A DNA stretch of 64,000 nt from the human T2T-CHM13v2.0 reference genome, Homo sapiens, in the NCBI RefSeq assembly GCF_009914755.1, contig NC_060935.1; one strand, written 5' to 3'. Every line of letters begins with the position of its first letter. Position 1 is the first letter of the stretch. The notes beneath the pieces were generated by a model. The model did no database searches, was not told the DNA's origin, and saw only the letters and a list, made by a program, of their open reading frames with translations. Shown piece after piece: positions 37,617 to 57,700 of this stretch. The translations under genes and the position numbers were made by a program.

Positions 37617-38141
37617 TGTCAGAGGCGTTCGAAACAGAGCGACTCCATTTTGAGTGAGGGCTGGAAAAATGAGGCCAGGACTTGCTGAGCTACATTCTCA
37701 GAAAGTTAGGCATTCCTAACCTCTAGATGTTTACGGCTAAGGGGACAAATTAATAATGCTTACTGAACAGACCCAGACTTGGGAGTGTCCAGATATCCCG
37801 ATATCTGGAGAACAAAGGCATTCCTAATTTTGCTTTAAAGATAATAATATTGATTTTTGAAAAATATAGTAATTAAAAAAACTTAATCCTTTATCACAAA
37901 CCCTTGTAGCAGAGCACATCTCCCCATATATACAAGCTTTGTACCTAGGGTGGATGCGTTCCTCCTCTTACTTTTGGGAACATCCTACTCTGTCTATGGA
38001 GTAGCTGTCCTTTCACCACTTTACTTTCCTAATACACTTGTTTTTGCTTTGCACTGCGGACTCACCCTGAAGTCTTTCTTGTGTGAGATCCAAGAACCCT
38101 CTCTTGGGGTCTGGATCGGGACCCCTTTCCTATCTGTAACA
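37617..38141 (+). mobile_element. Solo MER41-family LTR (different subfamily, MER41C/D-like), inserted in an old antisense L1 fragment (about 37480-38960)
   Basis: TGTCAGAGGCGTTCGAAACAGAGCGACTCCAT start. The 3' end is shared with the 21656 copy (GAGATCCAAGAACCCT...GGGGTCTGGATCGG...TGTAACA). Perfect TSD GTAT. Confidence 0.85.
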
Positions 38142-38168
38142 GTATGAAACATTGGTCACAACTAATGA

Positions 38169-38504
<336 letters not shown>

Positions 38505-38511
38505 TAACTAA

Positions 38512-38802
<291 letters not shown>

Positions 38803-38978
38803 TGATTTTTCTCTTAAAAAATCATGATTAGATTAGGGTTATGAGAGGAAGACCACAGAGGTAAAGTGCCATTCTTGTCCCAGCACAGCAGCAGGGGTAC
38901 ATGCTGTCTGCGTGACTTTTCGCTGATTATGTTAAGCTTAGTCACTTAGCTGAGGTAGTGTTTGCCAGATTTCACTGA

Positions 38979-39116
<138 letters not shown>

Positions 39117-39521
39117 TAAAGGTGTGTGCCACCACACCTGGCTAATTTTTGTATTTTTAGTAGAGACAGGGTTTCACCATGTTGGCCAGGCTGGTCTCGA
39201 ACTCCTGACCTTGTGATCCGCCTGCCTCGGCCTCCCAAAGTGCTGGGATTACAGGTTTGAGCCACGGCGCCCAACCTCACTGTGCTATTTTTTTAAAATA
39301 AAAAAAGTTCTCAAGCAAACTATAGGTCAATAGAGGACTTTAAACTCCATGGGGGCAAGATCTTTGCCTGCTTTGCTCACCACTGTGTATCCAGTGCTGA
39401 GCACATTTCTGACAAATAGTAGGTGTTAATTAGAATTTGTTGAAAGAGGGTCAGGCATGGTGGCTCACGCCTGTAATCCCAGCACTTTAAGAGGCCGAGG
39501 CGGGTGGATCACCTGAGGTTA

Positions 39522-39857
<336 letters not shown>

Positions 39858-42300
39858 TCAGTGAACAAAACAATTAGAAAACAATTTCTATACATTCAGT
39901 TTTCTATGAAGTGTGTTTGTGTGTGCAGAAAAATAACTAGAAGAATGTTGTCAACATGTTAACAGTGGTCGTTGGTTATTGCTGGGTGGGAAGGGAATGG
40001 GGATTTTTATTTTTTTCTTTGTTCCATATTTTTAAAAATTGTCACAATAAAAAGGAATTACTTTTTGAATCAGAAAAAGGAATAAAAATGGAGAAAAGTT
40101 TTAAACTTCAAAAAGATTCCCGAGCAAGGAAAACAGATATTCCAATACAATACTCAGCAACCACGTTATTTAGCCATGTATTAGTATCTGTGAAGGAACT
40201 GAAATCAGTGGTGCAGTGCAGAGAGGGTGTTGTCCTCAAAGTTCTGCAGTTTCTAGGAAACAGGGTACACTAGGCACCATCTGTTTCTGATTTAGAGCAT
40301 TAGAGTTACAAGATCATAAGCCGTATCTTTGTTACTCTCATAACAAATTGTTTAAAGTTAAAAAAAAAGAGTAAAGAGCAAAACCAAATGCACAGGATGC
40401 CAGAGTGAATGGCATTATTGTATCATTTGCTTTCTCTTCCCAGGGGCTTTGCATTTTAAAAACACATGTTGTGGTTTTTCTGTGATTATCTTTCCACTTC
40501 CTGTGTTGTATCTCCTTACTGTAAATATCCTTTTGTATAGTCATGCTTTTTTCCCCTTGCGTCTTACATGTGTGTCTTTCTTAATATTCACTTTCTCCAG
40601 TCTTCTACTGTTTATTTTCCCTAATACTAATTTGTATGAGTCCATTGGTATTTTTATTCTCCAACAAGATTTTTTTAGAACCCTGGTTTCAAATCCTAGT
40701 CCCATCTTTTATTAACTGTATGGTCTGGGGGAAATTGCATAATTTCTCTGAATGTTTCCCGCTGAAAATAAGGACAATATTAGGTAACCAATGGGAGTAT
40801 TGCAAGGATTAAATGAGTTTAATATAAATACATAGAGGATCTAGCCTAGGGATGGGCACAAACATGGCACTTAACCCTTGGTATCTTTTCCTTCCTTCTC
40901 TCCTTCTGTGTATCCTCTAATACTATGTCTCGAGTTATCTTTCTAAAACACCAACACATACTAAAGGATCAAGTCTAACCTTAGCAGGTTTTCAGGGTCC
41001 TCCTCAAATAAGCCCCAACCCATCTTTGTGGTCTTACTACCTTCTGGGCACATTCCTTATACACATTACTCTCCAACCACACAAATTACTAGCTGTTGCC
41101 TAAATATATGTTACTGTTTCTTCTCTCCCTGACTTTGCAAGTGCCATTTTCTGTGTCTGCAAGTCTTTCCTGCTCCTATCTGACAAACTCCTTTGCAAAG
41201 CCTTCTCTGACAGCTTGAGGCCCCCATGCTTCCCTCTGACCATAGTAATTTGTTCAAATCTTTACGAATACAATTCCTTATTCAAGTGTCTGTATCATTC
41301 ACTCACGTATTCGACAAATACTTACCCAGCTGCTACTATGTGCCAGGCAAATTCTGGTGGGAGTGCAAATTCTGGTGGAATTGTGAGATTCCATAAAGGC
41401 AGGGGTCCTGTCCTGTCTTGGTGTTTAGCACTGGCGAAAAGCAAGCACTCAGTATTTGTTTGTTGAATGTTGAATAAAATGAGAGCTTTTTTCTTCAATA
41501 GTCAAACTGAAAATTATAATGCTACCAAACACTTCCTCAAAGATAAAGGGCACATTTTATTTTACATGTAACATATTATTGTGTTTATTAACACTTCCAG
41601 GGGGCTCAGAAATATTCCTTTGCTTCAAATGTTCTCCATCTGGAAGAGTTTAGCTAATTAAACCAAAGACTACAGATGAGTTGGCCCAATTTATCTCCAG
41701 GATGAAATCCTTTTTTTCCTCCAGAGAATTCCTCAGATAAATATCAAGGGTCAATGTCACTTTTAGTAACATACAGTTTTTGAAAGTCTTAAAAATGTTT
41801 TAAATTTCTAAATTCGGTTTAAAAATACTTTTGAAAATCTTATTTTTAGTTTAAATTTACCAGTGAACTTTAGTCTACACAAAAGCATTTGTTTTGACTC
41901 GAAATGATGCCAAATCACCAACTGGTGAATAAATTGGTAATTAATCTACAAAAGGGAAGTTAGAAAAAAATTCTTTCTCTTCCCCTCCGCCTTTTTTTTT
42001 TTTTTTTTGGTAAGTTTAGATCCCTGTTAGCGATGATATTCTGTGCAGATTGAAAGCTGACTCAGAGAAAGCTATTATTATCCTTCCTTTTTCAGGGTTT
42101 AAAGTTTTCATTATTAACATTTGCCGACATTTTTTAGCTTTCATTCTCGTCCTTACCCTGTTCCCTTCTCCATTCCCTTCTAATGTGTAGAAACATGTGA
42201 GCCCTGTTTTCTTGGATTCATTTGGATCTCCCTTTGTGCACTTAACAGGACAATTATGAAAATTCATGTGCTGATTACATGCTGATTTTTTTGAGCTTCA

Positions 42301-42489
<189 letters not shown>

Positions 42490-42492
42490 TCA

Positions 42493-42597
<105 letters not shown>

Positions 42598-42920
42598 TCA
42601 AAAAAGAAGAAAAAAAGGAAAAGAAAAAGAAAACACTGTATAACTTCAAATTAACATCAATTAAATAATGTCCACAATAGCTGAGTTTTATTTATGTAAA
42701 TTTAGTTATTCAGCTAAGCTGAATTTTTTTTCTCTAGTTGGAGACAATTTATCCATCTCCTGGGTTATATCATGAGATTTAAACTGATGGGCCCTGATAG
42801 GAAGAAGCTAAATTAGATTTTAATCAAAGAGATACTATGCAAAACTTGGTAGTGAAGAAAGGAAATCTAATGTCCAATACTGCCATCCTTGCCAGGCAAT
42901 GTCCTTGTATGTAGAACTGA

Positions 42921-43476
<556 letters not shown>

Positions 43477-43668
43477 TGATCAACCCACCTCGGCCTCCCA
43501 AAGTGCTTGGATTACAGGCGTGAGCCACTGCGCTCAGCCCAGAATTTTCTTAAAAGCTAAAAGCACGCAGGGGTAGGTTGGAGAGAGAATTTTCGAGAGT
43601 GAAACAGAACACAGAATTTTTTAGAGTGAAACTACTCTGTATGATGCTATGATGGTAGATACATGTCA

Positions 43669-43869
<201 letters not shown>

Positions 43870-43974
43870 TCAACCTGGGCTATAGAGCAAGACTGCGTCA
43901 AAAAAAAAAAAAAAAAAAAGCTAAAGTCAGTATGGGGCCAAAGAACCTACAGAAGTTCATCTGGCTCCATTTAA

Positions 43975-44202
<228 letters not shown>

Positions 44203-44330
44203 TGAATAGCTGGGACTACAGGCATATGCCACCATGCCCAGCTAATTTTTGTATTGTTAGTAGAGATGGGGTTTCGCCATGTTGGCCAGGATGGTCTTGA
44301 TCTCTTGATCTTGTGATCCGCCCACCTTGA

Positions 44331-44724
<394 letters not shown>

Positions 44725-45499
44725 TAGGGAATGGCTGGGGAATTCAGATAATTGAGTTAAACAGATAGGTTCTTTGGTCACCATAGCTTCAAATAATAGA
44801 TTTGATCAAATCCTGAATGGTGTTTGGCATTTTATAGGACCTCAAAAGTTTGGATAGCTGTCACCACACACTTTTCTCATTCCTCTTCTCTAAGGCCCCC
44901 ATAGCATTTCCTCGGAAATCATTCTATTCATCCTTTATTCCTTGGTAGTGTCAGAGGAGATTAGTCACTTTTTCCAGCCTCTGGCAGAAATGCTTCTGCT
45001 AACTTGTGCCTTGGTATTATAAGGAAGGTCCATGAAATTCATCACTGTGCTTTGAGAAAGATGTTATTGACCGGGCACCATGGCTCATGACTATAATCCC
45101 TTTGAGATCAGCCTGGACAACATGGCAAGACCCCGTTCTCTACAAAAGATAGAAAAATTAGCCAGGTGTGGTGGTCCTGTAGTCCCAGCTACTTGGGAGG
45201 CTGAGGTGGGAGGATGGAAGCCCAGGAGGCAGAGGTTGCAGTGAGCCGAGATTGAGTCACTGCACTCCAGCCTGGATGATAGAGCCAGACCCTTTCTCAA
45301 AAAAAAAAAAAAAAAAAAAAAAAAAGCTGGGGTGCAGTGGCTAAAGCCTGTAATCACAGTATTTTGGGAGGCCGAGGCAGGTGGATCACCTGAGGTCGGG
45401 AGTTTGAGACCAGCCTGACCAACATGGAGAAACCCCATCTCTATAAAAATACAAAATTAGCTGGGTGTGGTGGCACATACCTATAATCCCAGCTACTCA

Positions 45500-45604
<105 letters not shown>

Positions 45605-45706
45605 TCAAAAAAAAAAGAGAAAAAAAGGTATTAGGGAAATTCCTTTGGGAGGACTCATGGGAAAGATTATAGCTCTAGAAGAATTGTGCTACACCTATGC
45701 AACTGA

Positions 45707-46024
<318 letters not shown>

Positions 46025-46027
46025 TGA

Positions 46028-46138
<111 letters not shown>

Positions 46139-47439
46139 TGACTTGCATCTTACCTCTATACCTTTACTTTCCCTTTGCTATGTGGTTTCTGTTTCAAATT
46201 TATTTTATCTTGCTATAGTGTTTGTATAAGTGGCCTTTAGATTATTCTTGTAAGAAGATAGGGTATAGATAAATAAGTAAAATAGACATTTGTAGATAAG
46301 AAAATCCAGAGAAAAGTGAGTTCTTTAAGGCAGCAGATAGCTCCATTGATAAAACCTAGGCTTGCCACAGATTACCCACAGTACAGTGAAGATTATATTA
46401 GAAAATGCAATGCCCTTTTAAGCGCCATGTCAATCCTTATAATATAGATAAATAAAGCAGCCGGTGTGTGAATTGCATTCAAGTCATGGAGCCCAGGAAC
46501 CATTGAATGAATGGTAAAGCAGTACTCTAGGAAGGTCTTTTTCAACTTGGTTGTTAGTGCAGATTAGATTCTTCTACAGGAGAAAAGTCTCAAGTGACCC
46601 AAAGGAAGTGATTCATAGGGGACAAAAGCAGAGGGTGGTGACAGATGCCTAAGATGGTGTCCCAGAGGGAAAGTGGGCAGTGCCAAGCAGAAACTACAAA
46701 AAAAAAATAAGCATTTGTTGAAAGGCAAGTTCATAAGCCATCCAAACCAGGGTCACAAGCTCCCAACAGAGTGGCTAGAATCTCTGCTGATGAATTGAAG
46801 GAAATTTGCAATAAGGAAAAATACACCCATTTGAAAAGAAATCCAGTTCATAAGGTCAGCCCAACCCAAAACATCAGTGAACAGGAATTTGGTTCACTGA
46901 ACAATACCAGTCTTGGTCCTACAGTGGCCAACTCATTCCTTTACAAAGTGAATACAGTTCACACCTATTTTTGTACTGAAAATTCTACAGAATAGCTTTA
47001 AGAAAAATCCTGGACAGTCAGGAACTCTAAAAAAATTTGACCTTGTTTTCTAGCACAGCTGGGTGGCAGTTTGTGTCCCTTTTACGATGTTAGCAATTGC
47101 CAGTTTCACTCAACTGCCACAAATGGGGGTAGTAAAATTCCAATTACCTCATACATGGAAACTCTATTAGGAGAGACAGACAATGTCACATTTATGATAT
47201 TTTACATTTAAATACCAGCAAGTAACAAATGCCCACAGGCTATGCCAAGGACAAGTAAATAATATCAATCTCTTGTAGATATGATGACCATAATAATTAT
47301 AATCGCTCATACTTACATAGTATTTGCTATGAGGCAGGCATGGTGCTAAACATTAACACACATTAACTCATTTAATTTTATCCTCACAACAATCTCCTTT
47401 AAGGTAGTCACATAAGGTAGCTACATATAGGCTTGGCCA

Positions 47440-47621
47440 TTTCCTTCTGTTCTCCCCTCCCCTCCCCTCCCCTTCTCTGTCTGTCTCTCTCTTTCTTTCC
47501 TTCCTTCCTTCCTTCTCTCTCTCTCCTTCTCTCTTTCTCTCATTCTTTCTCCTTTCTCCCTTCCTTTCTTCCTTCCTTCCTTCCTTTCTCTCTCTCTCTT
47601 TCTTTCTTTCTTTTCTTTCTT
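47440..47621. repeat. Polypyrimidine low-complexity tract (CCTT/CT/CTTT)
   Basis: About 180 nt almost entirely C/T, adjoining an Alu tail. Confidence 0.95.
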
Positions 47622-48128
47622 GACAGAGTCTCATTCTGTCACCCAGGCTGGAGTTCACTGACATCATCATGGCTCACTGCAGCCTCAACCTCCCGGGCTC
47701 AATACATTCTCCCACCTCAGCCTCCCGAGTACCTGGACTATAGGCATGTGCCACCATGCCTGGCTAACTTTTGTATTTTTTTTTGTAGATACAAGAGACA
47801 AGGTTTCACCTTATTGCATAGGATGGTTTTGTTAAACTCCTGGGCTCAAGCAATCTGCCTGCCTCAGCCTCCCAAAGTGCTGGGATTACAGGAGTAAGGC
47901 ACCGAGCCCGGCCTGGCTTTGCCGTTTTCAGTGTGTCTATACTTATACGTCTCACTGTCATACACTAGGTCAAAATTACCCCAATCTTGAATATTTACTG
48001 CCCCCTTCAAATTCTTTGGGCAAGTGGGGTAAGGAGTACCAGATCTACCATTCATTGAATCCCTGCACTGTGCCCAGCTCTGTGCTAGGTGCACACATCC
48101 ATCACAACCCCCCACTTTTTTTTTTTGA

Positions 48129-48287
<159 letters not shown>

Positions 48288-49174
48288 TAGTAGAGACGGG
48301 GTTTCACCATGTTGGCCAGGCTGGTCTCAAACTCCTGACCACCTCAAGTGATCTGTTTGCCTCCACCTCCCAAAGTGCTAGGATTACAGGTGTGAGTCAC
48401 TGCACCTGCCCAGAATTTGCATCCTTAACTATGATTCTATACTGTCACTGTGCCAGACTCCATTTGAGGGGCTGGGTGTCCCAACTGCTTTTGGGTTTAA
48501 GATTTTGAATTATGTTGGAACATCTAATTTTTGAGCTTCTATAACTGGTCTTAAGTCATGGAGTTGGGGACATTTGCAGTTCTTTTCACGGGGATAAAGT
48601 AAACTTGGGTACATCCCAACAAGTGAGATGCACTGATTCCACCATAAGAACCATGTGGTGAGGGCCATGCCTTAGGGGTGGGGGAGCTACAAGACAGAAG
48701 AGCTGGGCCTCTGATGGCATTGAGGAATGAGCTGCTTCACCGTGGAGGGGGACAGACTTGTTTTGTTTAAACCACTCTATTGGGTCTTTGATACCTGCAC
48801 ATGCACCTTACTAATAGACCTCTGAATTTTTTTTTTTTTTTTTTGAGACAGAGTCATTCTGTGCTCAGGCTGGAGTGCAGTGGGGTAATCTTGGCTCACT
48901 GCAACCTCTGCCTCGCAGGTTCAAGTGATTCTTATGCCTCAGCCTTCTGAGTAGCTGGGATTACAGGCATGTGCCACCACACCCAGCTAATTTTTGTATT
49001 TTTAGTAAAGATGGGATTTCACCATGTTGTCCAGGCTGGTCTCGAACTCCTGGCCTCAAGTTATCAGCCTGCCTCAATCTCCCAAAGCGCTGAGATTACA
49101 GGCGTGAACCACTGCACCTGGCCGATATACCCTCTAAAAATTAAACTACTTGTTTTGATCACCTCCTACTTATC

Positions 49175-49945
<771 letters not shown>

Positions 49946-50007
49946 CTACTGACACATGCAGGGAATCAGAGTCAGGTTATGTAGCCCCTCTGGAAACAAT
50001 AATGTGA

Positions 50008-50328
<321 letters not shown>

Positions 50329-51255
50329 TGAGCCACTGTGCCTGGCCAGAAGTCTTAAATAGAAAGAAAGAATGTATTCATTAAATAAGGATTTGATCAA
50401 ACCAGAAGATGGAACATTTCCTGTTCTTTCAAGCACTGACCAGGAAGACTCAGCCAACATACTTGTAGGATTTCTGGTCCCATTGACTAGTCACCCTTGT
50501 TGTGGAGATGGAAGCATCTGATTAGGAGAGTCCGATGCCATTCGCCTTTAAGTCCTTGTTCTCCGCAGCAAGCACCTTCTCATTCATTCATTTGCATTCA
50601 ACAGATTTATTCAAAGCTGACTTTTTTTTTTTTTTGAGATGGAGTCTTGCTCTGTCGCCCAGGCTGGAGTGCAGTAGCGCAATTTCAGCTCACTGCAGCC
50701 TCCACCTTCCAGTTTCAAGCGATTCTCCCTGCCTCAGCCTCCCGAGTAGCTGGGATTGCAGGCACCTGCCACCACAGCTGGCTAATTTTTGTATTTTTAT
50801 TAGAGATGGGGTTTTGCCATGTTGGCCAGGCTGGTCTTAAACTCCTGACCTCAGGTGATCTGCCACCCTCAGCTTCTCAAAGTGCTGGGATTACAGGCAT
50901 GAGCCATCGTGCCTGGGCACATTATGATTTATTTTAAAAGAGCACTTAAATGTCATATGGAAAATAACCATTTTTAGCTTTGAGGAAGGAGCCAGAGTAA
51001 GGTAGGGACACCAGCTAGGAGTTTCTACAGGAGTCCAGATGAGAAATGATAGTTGCTTAGAACAGGGTAGCTGACTGGAGAGAAGTGGACGAATCTGAAA
51101 CATACTTTTGAAGTACAATCCTTCTGACTTGTTGGTGGGTTGGATGGGGTAGGAGAGAATGGGGGAAAGAGGAGGAAAGTATGGCTCCCAGGTTTCTGGT
51201 TGGAATGGTGGGCAAGAATGATGGAGTAAAGATTAGAGGAGTAGATTAAGAACTA

Positions 51256-51542
<287 letters not shown>

Positions 51543-52145
51543 TCAAAAAAAATAAAATAAAATAAAAAAAGAAGAACTTACTTTTGGATATGTTGATATG
51601 TTAGTTTTTTGTTTTGTTTGTTTTTTGATATGTTAAAGATATCTTTTTTTAAAATTTATTTTTATTATTTATTTAGTTATTCATTTGAGACAAGATGGTG
51701 CAATCTTGGCTCACTGGTACCTCCACCTCCTGGACTCAAGCAATCCTCTTGGCTCAGCCTCCCAAGTAGCTGGGATTACAGGCACATGCCGCCATGCCCA
51801 CCTAATTTAGTAGAGATGGGGTTTCACCATGTTGACCAGGCTGGTCTCAAACTCCTGACCTCAAGTGATAGGCCCACCTTGGCCACCCAAAATCCTGGGA
51901 TTATAGGCATGAGCCACTGCGCCTGGTTGAGTTCAATGTGACCTTGAACTTCTGGGCTCAAACAATCCTCCTGAGTAGCTGGGACCACAGTCACGTGCCA
52001 CTGCACCCAGCTGATTTAAAAAAACGTTTTGTATAGGTGGAGTCTTGCTTTGTCATCAAGGCTGGTCTCAAGCTTCAATCTATCCTCTCACCTTGGCCTC
52101 CCAAAGTGCTGGGATTACAGGCATGAGCCACTGTGCCCAGTCTGG

Positions 52146-53513
<1,368 letters not shown>

Positions 53514-53620
53514 GCCTGGCATGTCTTTAAATCATTCAAGTGGAGATATCAAGTAGACATCTGGGTATATGAGACAAGCGCTCAGAAGAGTAGTCCAGGG
53601 TAAAGTTACACATTTGGGAG

Positions 53621-53777
53621 CAGGACTGGTTACATAATTTGTGGGACCCAGTGCAAAATGAAGATAAATAGCCTCATGTTAAAAAATTATTAATAACTTC
53701 CAGACGTCAAGAGGATAACATCAAACCAAGCACAGAGACCTACAGGTAACTGCACAGGTCACTTGCCCATGAAGCCT
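53621..53777. mobile_element. MER91-like hAT-Tip100 MITE
   Basis: 'caggactggttacataatttgtgggacccagtgcaaaatgaa...actgcacaggtcacttgcccatgaagcc'. Confidence 0.6.
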
Positions 53778-54594
53778 ATATGCGATATTTAATTTGGAAA
53801 TTGATCAGATTATTTATGGAGAGAGAGTTATCAGGAGAAGGAATGGGGACCCCAAATAGGACCTTGAAACCTGTGTATATGCTGGTAGTCACAATGAGAC
53901 AATACTGTACGATCCCACTTATGTGAGATACCTAGAATAGTCAAATGCATAGAGAAGGAAAGCAAAATGGCAGTTGCCAAGAGCTGGAGGGAGGTGGGAA
54001 TGGGGAGTTCATGCTTAATGGGTACAGAGTTTCACTGTGGGAAGAAAAAGTTCTGGAGATGGATGGTGGTGATGGTTGCACAACAATATGAATGTATTTA
54101 GTGCCACAGAGCCATACACTTAATTAAAATGGTTAAAAATGTTAAATTTTGTTATGTATATTTCACCACAAAAAAAAAATGCTGGCCAGGCATGGTGGCT
54201 CACACCTGTAATCCCAGCACTTTGGGGGGCCTAGGCAGGAGGATCAACTGAGGTTAGGAGTTTGACACCAGCCTGGCCAACATGGGGAAACCCCGTCTCT
54301 ACTAAAAATACAAAAATTAGCTGGGTGTGGTGGTGTGCACCTGTAATGTGAGCTACTCGGGAGTCTGAGGCAGGAGAATTGCTTGAATCTGGGAGATGGA
54401 GGTTGCGGTGAGCTGAATCGCGCCACTGCACTCCAGCCTGGGCGACAAGAGCAAGACTCCCTCTCAAAAAAAAAAAATTGCTTTTCTCTCTACACTTCTA
54501 TTATCCTTCATGTGCCTGGCTTTTCTTTTCCTACCTCTCTGGCCACTTCTCAGTCTCCTCAATTCCTTCTCTACCTGAATGAGAAATGCTGCAG

Positions 54595-54737
54595 TTCTTC
54601 CTTTCTTCCTCTATTCCTTCCTCCCTTCCTCCCCTTCTCTCCGTCCCTTTCTTCTTCTCTTCCCTCCCCTCCCCTCCCCCTCCCTCCCTCCCTTCCTTCC
54701 TTTCTTCCTTCCTTCCTTCCTTCCTTCCTCTTTCTCC
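54595..54737. repeat. Polypyrimidine (CCTT/CCCT)n tract
   Basis: Directly visible. Confidence 0.95.
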
Positions 54738-54856
54738 ACAAATATTTATCTATTGTGTGCTAGGAATAAACAGGGAACAAAAGATACAAACTCTCTCTCT
54801 CATGGAGCATATATTCTACTGATTGAGAGATGGTCTATAAACAAATAAACAAGTAA

Positions 54857-55266
<410 letters not shown>

Positions 55267-55667
55267 TGATCTGCTAAAGTTACATTCGAGTAAAGAACTG
55301 AAGACAGTGGGAGAGCAAGCAATGCTATTATCTGGAAGAGCCTTCTAAGAGGATCACAGCAAGTGCAAAGGCCCTGAGGAAGAATAGAGGTTCCCAAGAT
55401 TGGAACAGGCAGAAAAAGGAATGGGTGGTAAGGAAGAAAGATGACTTGAGAAACTTGTCTGTGCTGAAGAGCAGAGAAATATTATTATTATTATTTTTAG
55501 AGAAAGGGTCCCACTCTGTTGCCCAGGCTGGAGTGCAGTGGCGTGATCATAGCTCACTGCAACCTTGAACTCCTGGACTCAAGACTCAAGTGATCCTCCT
55601 GCCCCAGCCTCCTGAGTAGCTAGGACTATAGGCATGCACAATCATGTCTGGCTAATTTTTTTTTTTA

Positions 55668-56114
<447 letters not shown>

Positions 56115-57084
56115 TCAAATAATCCTCCTGCCTCAGCCTCCCGAAGAGCTGGGATTACAGGTGTGAGCCACAGTGCCCAGCCAAGAAATATTGTTTATTG
56201 AAGGTTTGCTATGCTCTCACTTTGTGTGAAGTGCCAAGGTTAGAGCAGAGAACCGACAGAAGTGGTTCCTGACCTCATGGAGCTGACAGTCCAGCAGAGG
56301 AGAGACAGGTTTGACAAACAATGATTCAGCTCCACTTTCGATGAGTTCTCTGAGAGAGTGGTGGAGGGTGAAGGGAGTGTGTTATAGTAAGACAACACCG
56401 AAAGAGGGGAAGGGAGGAGGGATCAGAGGGGGCGTCTTGGAGGAAGTGACACTTGACGGATTACGATTTGGTGTCCCCTGTGCCTCCACCTTCAGGGAGC
56501 AATGCCCTGGTTCTGGTGACATGGGCACTCAGGGTCCCCATGGCAGTTCCTTCTCATTGAGTGTCACCTCCGTCATTTGGCTTCAAGAACTGGAATATGC
56601 AAATGGCAGTCAGTTATGTGTGATCAAATGACACTGGCTACATGCTCAAGAATGAATTTAGCATCTACCACCAGCGTTCCCACAGTACTCCCAAATAACT
56701 TCTGTATCCTCCCCACCTCCAGACACACATGTATACACACACACAACCTCACACACATTCTCAAACCAGCCTGTCAGTCTACCTCACTCTCCTCTTCAGT
56801 TTCAGCTTCCACTGGTCTAGGTCCCTGGCCCATGAAGCCAGCTGATGGAGCCTCATGGTGGCCAAAGTTGAAGGGACTCAATGTGGGGACACCGAAGTGT
56901 GTGCCCAGGCCATCTCTCCAGCCTTCTAAAACCACCTGCCTTGGGGAGAGGAAGTGGGGAGAATGTCATCTGCTCTGTTTGTACTCCAGAGCAGCTCTGC
57001 TTGTGCCCCCACAAAGTCTCTCATCCAAGTTTTCTGTCAACTTTCTGTTCACAGAGTTTCACTTCCAGTTCAAGGGCTAGATGG

Positions 57085-57262
57085 GGAGTTGACATATGAC
57101 CTTGGGCAAATTACTTACCTTCCTTGTGTTGCAATTTTCTCATCTGTAAATGAGGATAACAAAAGTACCTACTTCAGTTTAAGTGAAAAAAATTCATGTA
57201 AGTGTTTAACATAGTGACTAGCACATATTAGGTGCCCAGTAAATGTTAGCTCTTATTATTAC
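57085..57262. mobile_element. MIR SINE; other MIRs at about 12030-12130, 36865-36960, 40680-40880, 47290-47430 and 63060-63385
   Basis: MIR core 'tgaccttgggcaaattacttacct...ttttctcatctgtaaatgaggataac'. Confidence 0.78.
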
Positions 57263-57421
57263 TTTCATCATTATGATTATTTACTGGAGAATTTGGCTAC
57301 ATTAAATGTCTGAGCTCCAGCTCAGCTAGCCAAAGTCTACAGTTCAAAGTCTACTGTTATAACTGTAATCCCAGCACTTTGGGAGGCTGAGGCAGGTGGA
57401 TCACTTGAGGTCAGGAGTTCA

Positions 57422-57700
<279 letters not shown>

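Noticed and set aside
41347-41382. Small direct repeats (GCAAATTCTGGTGG twice; similar at about 5297-5345, 8370-8404 and 10568-10594)
   Set aside because: Ordinary short tandem duplications within old repeats, with no sign of function.
47368-47897. Charged (ERK-rich) and Ser/Phe/Leu-rich ORFs
   Set aside because: Translations of the polypyrimidine simple repeat plus Alu. The same applies to 54383-54848.
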